64,000 nucleotides of DNA from Vitrella brassicaformis CCMP3155 (GCA_001179505.1 CDMY01000336.1:372001-436000); one strand, 5' to 3'; positions 21,817 through 35,867 are shown, numbered from the stretch's first letter. Numbers and translations are program-made. The notes: generated by a model from the letters alone, not told the origin.

Positions 21817-24800
21817 ATGGCGGACGCGCTGCGTGAATTCATTGATGGCATCTCCAGCGACATATCTATGTATCTGAACCCCTCCACGCCGGCCTCCCTG
21901 CCGCCGCTCGATGTCGACGAACAGTCCGCTGTTGTGCTTTCGCAGCTGAGAGGACTGCTGGTCTATCAAACGTAAGCCGTGGACCGACAAACGGCCGATG
22001 GCTGTCAGATCTGTCTGTGTCTTTGTGTGGTGGATATGCATGTGGCAGTGGGTGTGTGGGCCCGTGCCTGGATCGTTGGGCGTCTGTGATTGAGGATTTT
22101 GGGATGGGCCGGAGCCTCTTTACAGATACGCAGCTGAAAGGTGATCGAGGACGGGTGTATGATTGCTGGCTGCATTTGTGAAGGTATTTTGGATGAATAT
22201 ATGCCTGACGTTGTTTGTGTCTGTCTGCAGAGCTCAAGACGGACCCGTATGTGCATCGGAGGCAAAGGAGGAGGAGCTCACAGGATGTGGTACACATAAC
22301 CACATAACATTGCACACATAGGCCCTTTGGACGCGATATTTATGCTGCCCATGCCCATGCCCTTGTCTGTCTGCAGAGTGAAGCGTTCGGGGCCCCCCCA
22401 CACTCCGCTTCAATCAAGTAAGGAACCCCACATCAATGCTACAAGGCTGCTTTGTGATAGTGATAGTGTATGTCTCACGTCAGCTTCCCCGAGCCCCCAA
22501 TGGAGCACCTCCCCCTGAGGCCACACAATGAGACAACCGCCGACACCAAAATCGCCAGCTCGACACCTGTGAGGTTCTCGAGCCTGTTTGAGAGCGGCAA
22601 CCTCAAGTATGTGGTGTGCACTGACGCGGATGGCCCCTGTACGGAGTATGACCTCGTGCTTGACGAGGATGCCAACACAAAGGGGCACACACAGTGGTTC
22701 TACTTCTGCGTCGCAAACATGCACAAAGACACCACTATCAGGCTCAACATTGTCAATATGGTGGGTGGGGGATGCCAAGAAGCACCTTATTGTGTGTGTC
22801 ATATGTGCGTGTGTGTGTCTTCAGAGGAAGCCCCGTTCTCTGTATGAGGTGGGCATGCAGCCGATGGTCTTCTCAGAGCGAGCTGCCGGGCGAGTGCCTC
22901 TCACGCCATACACCACTGGCAGCAAAGCACCACACCCGCCGTCTGTTGCCCCTGAGGATCGACAGACAATGTGGCTGCCCGAGGGACACCGGATATCCTA
23001 CCAAGTCAACACCGTCCGACGGAGGCCCAGAACGGCGACAAACGAGACAGCGGCTGACGATGGTGCCGGTGATGCAGCAGATGAGGATGCGGGCCGGCCA
23101 GCGAAGCGGAGCAAGGAGTTCTACTACACCGTGACTTTCCACTACACCTTCCTGCACGACCAAGACTGCGCGTTCTTTGCCTACAGCGTGCCGCACACGT
23201 ATTCGATGCTGCGGTCGACGATCGCGTCTCTGACTTCCAACCCTGCCACGAGTGCGCATGTGCGGAGGAAGGCCGTGTGCAGCACGCTGGCCGGGTGTGC
23301 TCTCGACATGCTCAAGATAACAAACTTCAAAAGCGATGACAAGTAGGGAGACACACACAGAGAGGCGGGGAGAGACATGACATACGGCATGGCATAGTGT
23401 CTTTTTCTCTCTGTGTGTGTGCCTGTGTGGGCGTGCAGTGCATACGAGAAGCGTGTGGTGGTGATATCATCGCGTGTGCATCCAGGGGAGACGAATGCGA
23501 GTTGGATGATGCACGGGCTGCTGGTCTTCCTCCTCTCCAACTCACCCGAGGCCGTCACACTCAGGGACCGGCTGTGCTTCCACATATACCCGATGCTCAA
23601 CCCTGATGGCGTCATCACAGGCAACTACAGATGCTCCCTCGCAGGTCAACCAGTCCGCCAGCAGTTTCTCGAGTCGAGATATGCACAGACTGCCCATCCA
23701 TTGTGTCAAGATTGCATGTCTCTGCAGGTGTGGACCTCAATCGTCAGTACCTGTCGCCCCATCCCCACTTTCACCCCACCATAGCCCATTTCAAGCAGGC
23801 GCTGGAGGCTTTGATGACGCCCATGTCCAAGCCTTCAGCCACAGGGGATGTCCAGTCATGGCGGACACCACTGGTGGCGTCGCAGTCGGGAAGTCCTGAG
23901 GCACACAACGGCGACGGCGTATCTGCGGGGGGGGATGGCGCTGGGAATGAAGGAGAGGGGCCGCCCAAGCTGGCACTCTTCGTGGTGAGAGGAGAGCACA
24001 AGAGTGAGACACACACGCCGTGGGCGGGCCAGATTCATGCTGAGTGAGACATGTATGTGTCAGGATTTGCACGGCCATTCGCGCAAGACCGGCATCTTCA
24101 CATACGGCTGCTCGCCCAACGATCCCCAGAAAGACGCATCAGAGTCCGCACACTCACTGATATATCTACACAAATGAGAAACTCTGCATGCCCTCACTCC
24201 TCTGTCGTCAGGTACTTCCAAGCCCGTGTGCTGCCCAAGCTGCTGGCTGTGGTATGCCCCTCCTTCTACTATCCGTTTTGCAAGTACCGAGTCGAGAGGT
24301 CCAAAAGGGGCAGCGGGCGGGTGACGGCCTACTTGGACGTCGGCGTGCAGTTCGCCTACACGCTGGAGGCATCATTCTACGCCCCAGTGCCCCCGAGTCA
24401 GCGCGTGGGCGGCAACAAGGCGGGTCTGACCAAGGACAAGAAGGAGAGTGGTGGCGATGTGGCGGTGCAGTTCAATCAGAGGTCGCTCATCTCGGTGGGG
24501 GTGGCCATCGCCAAATCACTCATTCTCTTTTTCAGGTGTGTCACACCTGCCACACACATGGACGCTGGATGTGTGTCTTATGCGTGTGTGCATGGCATGT
24601 GATGGATGGGATGGCTTGCATGGCCATGGACAGGCTGGGTTCCCATCTGACTCGTGTGGTCAAGAGGCGAGCGAGCTCCTCCTCTGAGCCGTCAGCCTCA
24701 TCGGCCACTGCAACCCCTGCCGCATCTGCTGCTGCTGGCACTGCTGCAGCATTTGCACCGCCAACCTTCCGCCCAATTGCGGGAGGTGCTGCTGATGGAG

Positions 24801-26392
24801 AGGGTGGCAGTGACCGTATGAGCGAGGCTGAGATCGATGAGGACTATATGGCTGAGAGGGACGACCGGAGCGACGCAGGCGAAGGAGAAGGAGATGAGGG
24901 CAGCGAGGAGGCGGACGAGGGAGACGATGACATGAGTGAGGAGGGGGAGGAAGGGCAGGACGAAGACATGAGCGGGGAGGAAGAGGAGGACGACGATATG
25001 GCAGACTCGGACGCTGATGCCGGTGAAGGAGGACGGGCACACACGCCCACATTCATGCCGCTGCCAGCACCGGACGGCACCGCTGCCGATGAGACGCAAC
25101 AATCGCCATTGGTGCCAATCGCCAGCATGGACATCGAGCGGACCCTTCTGCTTTTGCGTGAGGCTCCTCGCGAGCTGGCCGCCACCAGCAGCCCATCCAG
25201 TCTCATGCTCGGCATAGATGACATTGTCGACATGGCCGGAGGCGCTGTGGACACGATTCAGTCTCTAGAGGCAGCTCTCCACCTGGCTGAGGCTGCCGAG
25301 AACGCCGACACGCTTCTCGAGGCCGTGAGTGACATGGACGAGTTCAGCGATCGAGACGACGCATCGCAGCAGGCCTCATCTGTGGGCTCGGACAGCAACC
25401 CGTCTGAAGACAATCTCGCACAGGTTGAGCGGCTGAAGAGGTCCGAGAGTCTACTCAAGCGCAAGCAGCGGTGGTACGCCAAGCACACGCGACGGGGGAG
25501 CGGAGACAAGGGCAGGAAGAAACTGAAGCGCAGAGGGAGGAAACCTCGGCGAAAGAAACGCAAGGAGCAGCGGACACGGAGCGCCCCACCGAGGCAACCG
25601 GAACCCCAAAGGGAGCGAGTGTCGGTTGCATTTGGACGGACCATTCAGCCCGCCAAGCCGTCCTCCCCACCTCGAGATCGCATCATCACATCACCCCCCA
25701 CCGATCGCAGCGGTGCCCTGAAAAGGCCGCAGCTCCCATCAGCCTTTGCGGCAGCAGCAGTCACGAGTGACACGGACGCCACCCGGCAGACACCCTCATT
25801 CCTGCCGCCCCTCCCACCACCAAGACGCCCGGTGTTGCGCAGCGACGCCAGGATCGCGGGGCTGGTGCCCGACAGCCTGCCACTGGCGGTGAGTGCCACC
25901 TCAACATCTCGGGGCGGCCGGCTTGTTCGAGGGGGGACGCCGCTGAGACAGAGGAGGATGGACAGGGAGACCGCTGTTGCTGCTGCTGGGGATGCGACCA
26001 CTGATGTGGAGAGTCCGCTCGTGCGCATCCCGACGCCCCCGTCTCTGACGCAGTCGAGGCGGGACAGCGGCAACACCGGCTACGAGCAGCCTGGTGGTCT
26101 GTTCGGCATACAGCAGCAGAGCGCCCACCACATACACACCCGGTCGCAGCCAAATCTGCAGCAGCTGGAGACGGCACTCAACACCATGTTCCAACCAAGG
26201 CCACCAATCATTGCCGGCAGGCAGCCGCAGCAGCCGTCATTGGCTCGTCAGCACCAGCCGAAGGGTGCGTACAGGGGTCCTGTTGAGGCCTACAGGGGCG
26301 GTCGGGGGGAGGACACAGTCGCGCTGGGGAGAGCGTCGCTGCCAAGACACCTGAGACAGCAGCTGGAGAAGATATTGGGCAAAGATAAATAG
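21817..26392 (+). CDS. Cytosolic carboxypeptidase (M14D, AGBL/CCP tubulin deglutamylase) with a long acidic low-complexity C-terminus
   Basis: [25 protein letters not shown] (HxxE zinc site), [32 protein letters not shown] and YTLEASF. Confidence 0.92.
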
Positions 26393-26900
26393 ATAGGTAT
26401 AGAGGCCGAGACAGAGAGACAGACAGGCATGTATTGGTGTAGAGGGGTACATGTGTGTGTGTGTGAATGCGCATGTGCCTTTGGGTTATGCATATATACG
26501 TCTGTGAAGCAGATTTGACGATTGACGTGTGAGCATCTTGGGGATGGATGATTTCATCACATTCTCGCCTCGTGCTGAGCTTGTTTGGTGACACATCCTC
26601 TGTGTGAGGGGGACGGGTGGTGTGCATGGAGTTGGACAAGAGGTTTGTGAGCATGAAATTACCTTGTGGTCAGTCAGGACGCAGGCCTATATCTGTATGT
26701 CTTTCATTCATTTAGTTGGCCATCGTCCATCAGATCGTACGATATGTAGACAAGAAACGAGTGAATGTATGCCTAGACCATCGACATAGACAGACAGACA
26801 GACAGACGGACAGCCTTTTGGCCTGCATCCCCCCTCCCTCCCTCCTTGCAAGCCACCGCACACAAACCACCACCTCCTCCGACCCCCCCCACACACCCCA

Positions 26901-28119
26901 CTACTTGAATTTCTTCTTTTCTTTTAGCGGTTTGAGTATCTGGAACGAGCACATGAGTGTCTCGTCGACGCTCATCATCGCGCCGGCGTTGTCGAACTCG
27001 CCGCAGTAGTTGGGTGCGGAGAAGAGGGTCACCAGCTGCCGCTTAGCCGCGAACTCGTACCCATCCTCGACCACCTGGTGCGCCCGGCACACCAGGTCCA
27101 TGTCGTGCTTTCTCAGGAAGTTCTGCACTATGTCGGGCCCGTAGGTGTACGACACGCCCCGGTCGTTCTCCTGCCAGCCGTTGGTCTCCTTGTCGGGATC
27201 GGCCCACACCATGTCGCACAGCAGGCCTGCATCGGGGACGTCTGTAGGTCGGACGATCCGGCGGATCTGCTCCATGTTGTTGAGCTCGGGCGAGAGGCCG
27301 GCGTGCACGCAGAAGATCTTCTCGTCGATGATGGCTGCGAATGGCATGCAGTTGAAGCAGTCGGTGAAGGCCTTCCACAGCTTGACGTTGTAGCGCCGCT
27401 TGCACTCGTCGTAGAACCCGTAGATCCGGTTGATCGACGCGATCTCGTGGTTGCCGCGCAACAGAAAGAAATTCTACAGACAGACACAGAGAGACACAAC
27501 ACAAACACCGGCAGACAGACAGTCACCCCTCTGTGTGCTGTGCCGCCACACATCGACATGTATGCCCCTTCCTTCTTTTGGTGTCTGTGTGTACCTCTGG
27601 GAATTTGATCTTGTATGAGAGCAGGAGGCAGATTGTCTCGAGCGACTGTTTGCCGCGGTCGACGTAGTCCCCGAGGAAGAGGTAGTTGGCCTCCGGGGGG
27701 AAGCCCCCGTACTCGAACAGCCGCAACAGGTCATAGTACTGACCGTGGATGTCGCCGCAGATCTTGATTGGCGCCTCCAGCTCCAGCAACGCCGGCTGGG
27801 ACAGAAACACCTCGCGAGCCTTCGTGAGCAACCCACGCACCTCAACCTCTGATGCGGCAATCAACATGTACGCGCAAGGAGAAAGCGTCGGTCGGTCAGG
27901 CAACACCTCGCGCACAACCGTCTCTGGTGTGTGTGGGCACCTGTCAGCTGAACGGGCTTGAAGTTCCCTGGCCTCGCTCCACGCACCTCCAACTTTTCAC
28001 TGATCAACGCAGACAGAAAGGAAGAAATTGAAACCACCATCCAGAGGGGCCCTTTCCGTGTCAGCATTTGGTGTGTTGCCTCACATGACTGCGTCGACGT
28101 CCACATCGGGGGCTGCCAT
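26901..28119 (-). CDS. PP1: Serine/threonine protein phosphatase PP1 catalytic subunit (divergent paralog)
   Basis: [29 protein letters not shown] and [11 protein letters not shown] motifs; four exons. Confidence 0.96.
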
Positions 28120-29694
28120 GGCGCATACGGGGCTTCACAGCGGACCAGATGGCGAGAACGGCGAGAGCGGATGAGGGAGCGGTCAGAAAGCGCCGAGGCG
28201 CCTGCGGGCCAGGCGGGGGCCTCTCCGACGCAAAACACCGGGTTGCGGCCCGCCTCTCAAGCTGCTATCGTGGGCTGCGTGCGGAAAACACACAGCGCGG
28301 GCCCCGGAAAAGTGGTCCAAAATCTGCCACTTGTGTCCCTCATTATCGCCCCGGCCTCTTCTCTCCCGCCCCTCGCCCTTCTCTCCCTGTCTTCTCGTCA
28401 CTCGAATTGTATCGTCGTCCGCTCTCTGACCGCTTCTTGCACGATGATGGTGACGAAGCTTCTGTCCATGCTGGCATTTTCGCCACACACAGTGGAGCAC
28501 AGTGGAAAGACATCCACGGATGTCCATCGCACGAGACATGTGTCTGTGTGCCTTCGTGTGGTTCGTACTTGGAGACGTATGTACGTGCATACGGAGCAGA
28601 TGTATTGATTGACACGTGACCCATCTTCCTCACGGAGGGGATGGGTTTCAGCGCAGTCTCGTCTCCCTTTGCATTTGCGGCTTTGTTTGGTGAAGGTCCG
28701 TGAACGTCCTCTGTGCACGAGTGTGAATTGTGTGAGTGTGTCCGGGGGGTGTGTGGGTGTGAGGTTGACCAAGAGGGGTACACACATTATAAGGAAGGAA
28801 GTTTAAATCAATCACGGGAATGAGTGATACCTACGGACACACACGCATGCATGTACCTATGGATGTCATGGTCATGGATGAAGGAAGCATCAATGAATCA
28901 ATGACTGAATCCACCCAGTCCGTCACTTGTCATTGTATGTCTCGGCACGCACTCACAGACAAGCCAAGGGGGGCTAGCTACGGAATCAGACAGGCACTCA
29001 ATCACTCACTCAGCCACTCAGTCAGTCAGTGGGCGGCGGGGTCATTAGGTAGGATAAAGAGAGAGCACAGCAGAGGCCCCCCGGCACGACAATGCACGTG
29101 CTGCGCACCCATACAAACATACATACGCACTGCTGGTTCAAACAAAAACAGCAGTTAAGTGTAGTGGTGTGATGGACAAGCAGCAGCAGCAGCTGCAGCA
29201 GACACCCGCTGCCGCACGTACATGTGATGTATTCCTTGCTGTCCGTCCGTCTCTTTAAAACACCAACCAGCGATCAATGAATCGGTCAATCAATGGCCCC
29301 AGGCACCTTTCTCGGAAGGACGCCCTCCCTCCCTCCCTCTAATTGCACGCAGGTCTCTGCCTGCCTGCCTGCCGCTGACTGCATCCCTCCGTCCAATCAA
29401 AACGATTCATTTCATTCATTAGGGCCCAACAGGCAGGCACACAGACGGACCGAGACAGACAGACAGACAGGCAGGCAGGCCCGTTGAATTCTTCTGATTG
29501 ATAAATCCATGGTAGATATTCATCTATCCATCCATCCATACCCCATCGCCCCATCCACACGTGCGATCCTTTGATGCGCTCTCACCCACTCCCCACCACC
29601 ACCACCGGCATCGTAGACAGACAGACAGACACACTATGGTTATTGGCATTCACGTAGTCATTCATTTGGAGAAAAACCTTCCGCAAAAGCACGA

Positions 29695-29994
29695 NNNNNN
29701 NNNNNNNNNNNNNNNNNNNNNNNNNNNNNNNNNNNNNNNNNNNNNNNNNNNNNNNNNNNNNNNNNNNNNNNNNNNNNNNNNNNNNNNNNNNNNNNNNNNN
29801 NNNNNNNNNNNNNNNNNNNNNNNNNNNNNNNNNNNNNNNNNNNNNNNNNNNNNNNNNNNNNNNNNNNNNNNNNNNNNNNNNNNNNNNNNNNNNNNNNNNN
29901 NNNNNNNNNNNNNNNNNNNNNNNNNNNNNNNNNNNNNNNNNNNNNNNNNNNNNNNNNNNNNNNNNNNNNNNNNNNNNNNNNNNNNNNNNNNNNN
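29695..29994. other. Assembly gap (300 N)
   Basis: Run of N. Confidence 1.
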
Positions 29995-30315
29995 ACTAGC
30001 CAGCCGCTCGAGAACGCATGCAATGCGTTCCATCGCCAACCCTCCCCCCCGCTCGCCCACCCACTACACACTCCCTCCCTCCCTCCCTCCCTCCGTCAGT
30101 TATCTCTTGGCTATGATCTGCACACACACACACACACAGACAGGCAGGCAGACAGGGAGGCAGGCAGGCAGACAGGGAGGCTGCGTGCGAGCGGTATGCA
30201 GCTGGCTGCATATGTTCGGTGTATCTGCCTCGTGCAGTGCAGTTCAGTGCGTCTGTGTGTGTGCATCTACCTGAGTGCATCAGTCAACAGATCAGTGTGT
30301 GTTGCAGCAGATACA

Positions 30316-32462
30316 TTAAGTCACCTTGCCGCCTTGGCTGATATAGAGATACAACACGTCACCCTAACCAAGCCAAAGCCACACACACAACCGACGAGAG
30401 TAGACAGACAGGGATGATTGTGCGCGTTGAGTTGATGTCCCTACCGGTCTGACTTGCAGATTGGTGAAGCGGTCGTGCTGCAGCCCCACACGCGTCAGCG
30501 GCACCAGCACGGCCGCATCCCTGGGCACCACCTGCAGCCGCAAACCCAGCAGCCGCTCAGCGCCCTCAGGGCGACCTGACACAACCAACCACAACACATA
30601 CACACATCAGAGGTGCGCAGGTGCGCATCGCATCGGCTGTAGTGTGGTTCTCTCTGCCGTGTCGGGTGTGGCGACGCACCGGGTTTCTCCGCAGTGTATC
30701 TTGTTTTGCTGACGGCAATGTCGATGCCCGAGAAGACAGTCGACTCGTGACGCAAGTGGGGCTCAAAGTGATCTGACCCACACATACATACATACACGAC
30801 GGCCACACACAGCATGGCATGGCATGGCATGGCATAGCGTTTGTTATGTGGGGGTGGTCGTTCGATAGATTATGTATGTGGGTCGTGTCGATTTATTGAG
30901 TTGGCTCACTTGGTACGGATAGCCTCTCGACGGTCTGGGACTGAAACAAATCCAACTCATACCTGCACACAACCACACAACACAGCACATTCATGACGCG
31001 ATCGACAAGCACTTGGCCGTCATTCAGCAAGCTGAGTGACTCCCCTCCCCTCCCACCCTGCTCTGCTCTGCTCACCAGTCGTCGAGTTCCTTCTCGAGCG
31101 GGAATATCTGTTTGGTGGCAGGTTCGCCCCTGAGCGGCATCCACCTGAAGGTCTGCATGTCGACGCACCCCCTGGGGCTGTAGAGCGGCACGGCTATCTC
31201 CACCCTGTCCCCCACACAGACCGTCGCCACGTTCTGCACCGTCGCCACGCGCGTCTCGTCCCCGTGGAAGCGGCACATATCCCGATGCACCCACAGCTGC
31301 CGCGAACGGCCCGCCGGCAGCGTCTGGAACTTGTAGCGGTACTCGAACGGGCCGATGCGGGGCGGGCTGGTGCGGACGAGTGCAGGGGGGATGATGGGCG
31401 CCTGTGGGGGGCCGGGGGCGGCGCTGGTGGGCGCCTGGGGGAAGGGAGTCGGCGGCACACTAGTGTCCTCACCACTGCCATGATTCGCGTGGTGGGTGCT
31501 GTTGTCCTGGTGGTCGTTGGCAGCAGTGGGGGTGTGCCGCCCCTCACTCCCACCACCCCCACCCCCACCCCCAGCCGTCGCAGCAGCGGCCACCGCCCCG
31601 AGTGCGAGAGGGAGGGGGTTCATTCTGGCGGATGGGAGAGGGAGGGAGATGCCGACGGGCGACACGCTGCCGGTGGGCGTCTCTGAGCCGGAGGGCACGT
31701 GTGAGGGGGTGGCTGTCTGGGATGAGGGGAAGCGGCGGGGGTTGACGTGCGGGAGGAGCCGAAAGCTCTCACCCACAGTAATCGTGCGACCCACACACTT
31801 CTCAGTCACCTGGACATCAAGTCACATTCACACACAAACACACTCACAATGAGACCAAATCGGCTCGCAACTGTGGCCGACCCCACACAGCCTATCCTGC
31901 ATACCCTGGCGACGATGATGCGATCGATTCTGATGCCGGGATCGGCCACGTGCACCTGCGTCCACTCCACCCTGGTGTGCTCCATCTTGAGGTATGGCGC
32001 GAAGCGTCGGTCGAACTTGCCGTCGACCTCCTGCAAAATGTCATCGACACCCGCCAGCAGCATCATGTACCACTGCGGGCACACCGCAGTGCAGCGCACG
32101 AACGACTGCCCCCACAGGAATGGGATCAGCCGGCGCATCACCGCCGGCTCCAGGAAGGGCATGTGGTTGGCGCGATGCCCATAGTAGGCAGACGGGGAGG
32201 GGGGCGGGGGTGGCAGCGACGACCGTGGCGAGTGTGAGCGGCCTCGTCCGCTGCTGCTGGTGGGTGTGCTGGCGCCTGCAGCGGACACAGCGCTGCCGAA
32301 GAGGTTGGCCGACGCGCGTGAGTGTGCGCTTGGTGGCGGGACCGTCTCGGGCATGGGAGCGCCTGGCGGGCCGAGCCGCTTGATGATGGAGCACCGTATC
32401 TTGAACTTGCGGTCCTCTTTCCGCGCGTCGAAGCGGGAGCTGCCAGACGACACGTTGCCCAT
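30316..32462 (-). CDS. N-myristoylated F-box protein, apicomplexan FBXO1-like
   Basis: MGNVSS myristoylation motif; F-box-like MPFLEPAVMRRLIPFL..CTAVCPQWY; segments LWVHRDMCRFHGDETRVATV, VCVGDRVEI and GLQHDRF..GDVLYLYISQGG recalled as conserved in this family. Confidence 0.65.
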
Positions 32463-32749
32463 CTCTCAAACGCAACAAAAACTACGATTATCGCCGGATC
32501 AAATGCTCGTGTGCCCCAGCGGCCCACAAAGGCCTGCAAGCTCCTGAAAAAGCATGCGAGCGGCTGGAGATCTACGAGCCACCGGAAATGCAATTGTGTA
32601 CCAGGACGGTTTTCGAAGCCGGGAAGGACAAAGGAACAGATAAACGATCTCCGCTGTTTCCCGGCGGATTCTCGTGATCATGCTGAAGTGAGCATGTGCG
32701 TCATAGAGGCCGACAGAGGCCGATAGAGGCGTAGAGCTGTTGTGGCAAG

Positions 32750-34639
32750 ATGACCATCAAGGGCTTTCACAAGCTGTTCGATGATGGACAGAGCTGCTGG
32801 CAGAACAAGACCGCCAAGGTACGCACACCGACTGTGGCGCCCTTGCAAACAACAGAGAAAGGGCAAACAAGGGAGGGCATGATCAAAACAGCATGGTTGT
32901 GCCTGTGTGCAGGACTATGCCGGTCAGAAGGTTGCCATCGATTTTAGCATCCTGCTCTACCAGGTGAGCCGCGACGAGTCAGACCATTCACTGGTTTCTT
33001 GTACATATTTGTATCTTGCCTGCCTCAGGTGTCGACGGTTGAGTCCCACGTGCCGCCCATGCGTACACTGCTGTTCAAGCTGTTGAAGATCCTGGAGGCC
33101 GGCATCATCCCCGTGATCGTCTTCGACGGCGCACCACCACGGCAGAAGCTGCGCACCAAGGGCGGCAGCAGCCTATCCAACCGTGACGCCGATAGACCGC
33201 TGGCCGCCTCGCCCCGACTCACACTCGGTGCCCCACGGCGGTCAAATTTCCCATCGCCACCACGCCCGCCACCCCCTCCCCCTCCCCCTCCCCCACCGCG
33301 CGCATTCCCCGCTCGCACGTGTGGCGAAGACAGCGATGACGACGAGTACGCAATCGTCACCATCGGCGGGGGGCAGACATTGCCACCTGCCGACACACAG
33401 CACATCGCGAGCACCCCTCCCGTGCCCCCAGGTCCGATGACCAGCCAGCCATCGCCATCGCCATCACCATCGTCCCCCCGCTCGTTCGCGCGTGAGAGTG
33501 AGGGCGACATCAAACGGCTGCTGGACATGCTGGGCATCCCGTGGGTGGCGGGGCCGGGTGAGGCCGACGCCACGTGCGCCATCCTTGTCCAGACGGGCAA
33601 GTGCGATGTCGCGGCGTCTGAGGACTATGACGTCATGGTGTTCGGTGCATCTAGGCTCGTGAGGGGGTTGTTGCAGTTCAGCGCTGCCGATAAGAAGCGG
33701 CGGACGTCGCAGAAGATTGCCCGGGTGACGGGTGGCGGGGGCGGGGGCGTGACGGGGGTGCGGGAGTTTAGCCTGCCTAGTTTGTTGGCGCACCAGCAGC
33801 TCACTCGCGAGCAGCTGGTGGATGTTTCGCTGCTCATGGGCTGCGACTACTATCCGGGCGTCAGCTCGCTCGGGCCCGTCAAGGCATCGCAGCTTATTAG
33901 GTCAGAGAAACGCAACGAAACTCCCAGGCCTTTGAATGCATGTGTATATGCGTGTATGTATGTGTGTGTGTGTGTTGGTTGGTTTATACAGGCAGCATGG
34001 GTCGATCGAGCACCTGCCGTCTAACATCAGGAGTCGGCTGCCCCGTCCCCGTGAGCTGTACGAGCTGCGGCAGCTGTTCCTCGCCCCACCCAACACACAG
34101 CAGCTGCGCCAGTCGTCCCGTAGCTACCACCTGGGCCCCCTGCCGGTCAGCAGCGACGCGCAGCAACAGCTGTATAGCTTCCTGATGGGCGAGAAACACG
34201 TATTCAACCAGAGGGGACACTTCGGTAGGTGGGCAGGCCACAGACTCCCTCCCTCTCACCCATCCGCACCCCCAACCGCACCGCCCATGCCATGGATGCT
34301 TTCGTGTGTTCAGAGAGCGTGGTCAATCGTATCGAGAAGCTGGCCGATGCGCGTCGGCAGCCCACCCAGCTGACCCTCAACTCCTTCTTCACGCCATCCC
34401 CCAAACCCAAGCCACAGCCCGGGCAGCGGTCGGCGCGCATGACGATCGGACCCACCCCACACCCCACTGCCCAACCCGCGGCAGCACCACCAGCACATGT
34501 GTTGCCGCAGAAGCGTGGGAGGGGCAACAGAGTGGAGAAGCCGCCCAGGAAGGCGGCACGAGGCGGCGATGTGGGTGGTGCAGGTGCAGGTGGTGTGGGG
34601 ATTGTGAGGGGTGGGCGGGTAAGGGGAGGGCGACGATAG
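32750..34639 (+). CDS. XPG/Rad2-family 5' nuclease, FEN1-like
   Basis: MTIKGF, VAIDFS, VFDG, EADATC, ASEDYD and GCDY acidic catalytic set; H3TH motif LGPVKASQLIR; PIP-box-like QLTLNSFF. Confidence 0.85.
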
Positions 34640-34761
34640 CCGCGCCTGTAGCGTCGCAGCGTATCGAGGTGTCCCTGCTGTCAAGCGATGAGGACGAACC
34701 GTGAGGGCCGCTTGATTGCATGCATGGATGGATGGATGGATAGAGCGTGTAGAGGATTTGT

Positions 34762-35064
34762 CTAGTCTGCTGTGTGTGCATGGCGGTTGGCGCGTGTTTG
34801 CACACGTGTTGCTGCTGACTTGGCGTTAGGTATGTGTGCATATGCATGACGGACACAGCCAAGTTCGATCGTACATGTACATGTCATGCCATAAATCGAT
34901 GAAGGGCTGCAAATCGAGGCACGTCGCTGCCGGTGGTGAGCAGATGTATGTGTGTGGCCGGATTTTGTCCATTCCCCTTGTGTTATGTGTCTGTCCGTCC
35001 AGATGATGTTGAAAGTATTGCATTTATCGCATTGTTCGTACGTGTCTCTTCCGCTGCCAGCCTT

Positions 35065-35095
<31 letters not shown>

Positions 35096-35807
35096 TNNNN
35101 NNNNNNNNNNNNNNNNNNNNNNNNNNNNNNNNNNNNNNNNNNNNNNNNNNNNNNNNNNNNNNNNNNNNNNNNNNNNNNNNNNNNNNNNNNNNNNNNNNNN
35201 NNNNNNNNNNNNNNNNNNNNNNNNNNNNNNNNNNNNNNNNNNNNNNNNNNNNNNNNNNNNNNNNNNNNNNNNNNNNNNNNNNNNNNNNNNNNNNNNNNNN
35301 NNNNNNNNNNNNNNNNNNNNNNNNNNNNNNNNNNNNNNNNNNNNNNNNNNNNNNNNNNNNNNNNNNNNNNNNNNNNNNNNNNNNNNNNNNNNNNNNTCCC
35401 CCCCCCCCCCCCCCCGCCCCGCCCCGACTGGTCGACTATGACTGGACATGTCTGTCCAACGAAGACACGACAAACCTTGCAGCACGTAACCAGGGAATTG
35501 AAGTCTCCCTCCCTTCCCTGGATGGGATGGCCACCACACTGCGATGCATTATCCATGGACGTGTGCGCGTCAGATTCATCTTTCTTCTCCCCCTCCCCAC
35601 CTTGTTCGACGAAGCCGCTGGCTCCCTCGTTGATGTCCCCCGGCACGCACCCACCATCAGTCCGACGCAGCGCCCCCACACACACACAGGGCAAAGAACC
35701 ACACCTGGCTGCCGACCTCGACGAGATCTGCGGTGATCTGCCTCATTCAGCATGTGCTCACTTGCGAGAAGGACGGCCGCACAGAGGACGGTCACAGTAA
35801 GTGCCAT
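34762..35807 (-). CDS. Small secreted Cys-containing protein with a poly-Gly tract spanning a gap; 3' end uncertain
   Basis: Signal-peptide-like MALTVTVLCAAVLLAS; CCKVC..C and CDKC motifs flank the poly-G/gap. Weak support overall. Confidence 0.35.
35097..35396. other. Assembly gap (300 N) flanked by poly-C on both sides
   Basis: Run of N with C homopolymers at about 35066-35095 and 35398-35415. Confidence 1.
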
Positions 35808-35867
35808 TTTTGATGCCAAGATCTTGCTGCCCACGGCCAGGAACAAAAAAGTTGGCCGAGCAGCGCG

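Noticed and set aside
35066-35415. Poly-C tracts as a telomere-like or special element
   Set aside because: They flank an assembly gap and are best explained as a hard-to-sequence homopolymer, possibly encoding poly-Gly; the true length is unknown.
14504-35800. Long ORFs crossing the N runs, plus many antisense or microsatellite-derived ORFs in the track
   Set aside because: These are artefacts of gaps, high GC content and stop-poor simple repeats such as CVCV and TDRQ.
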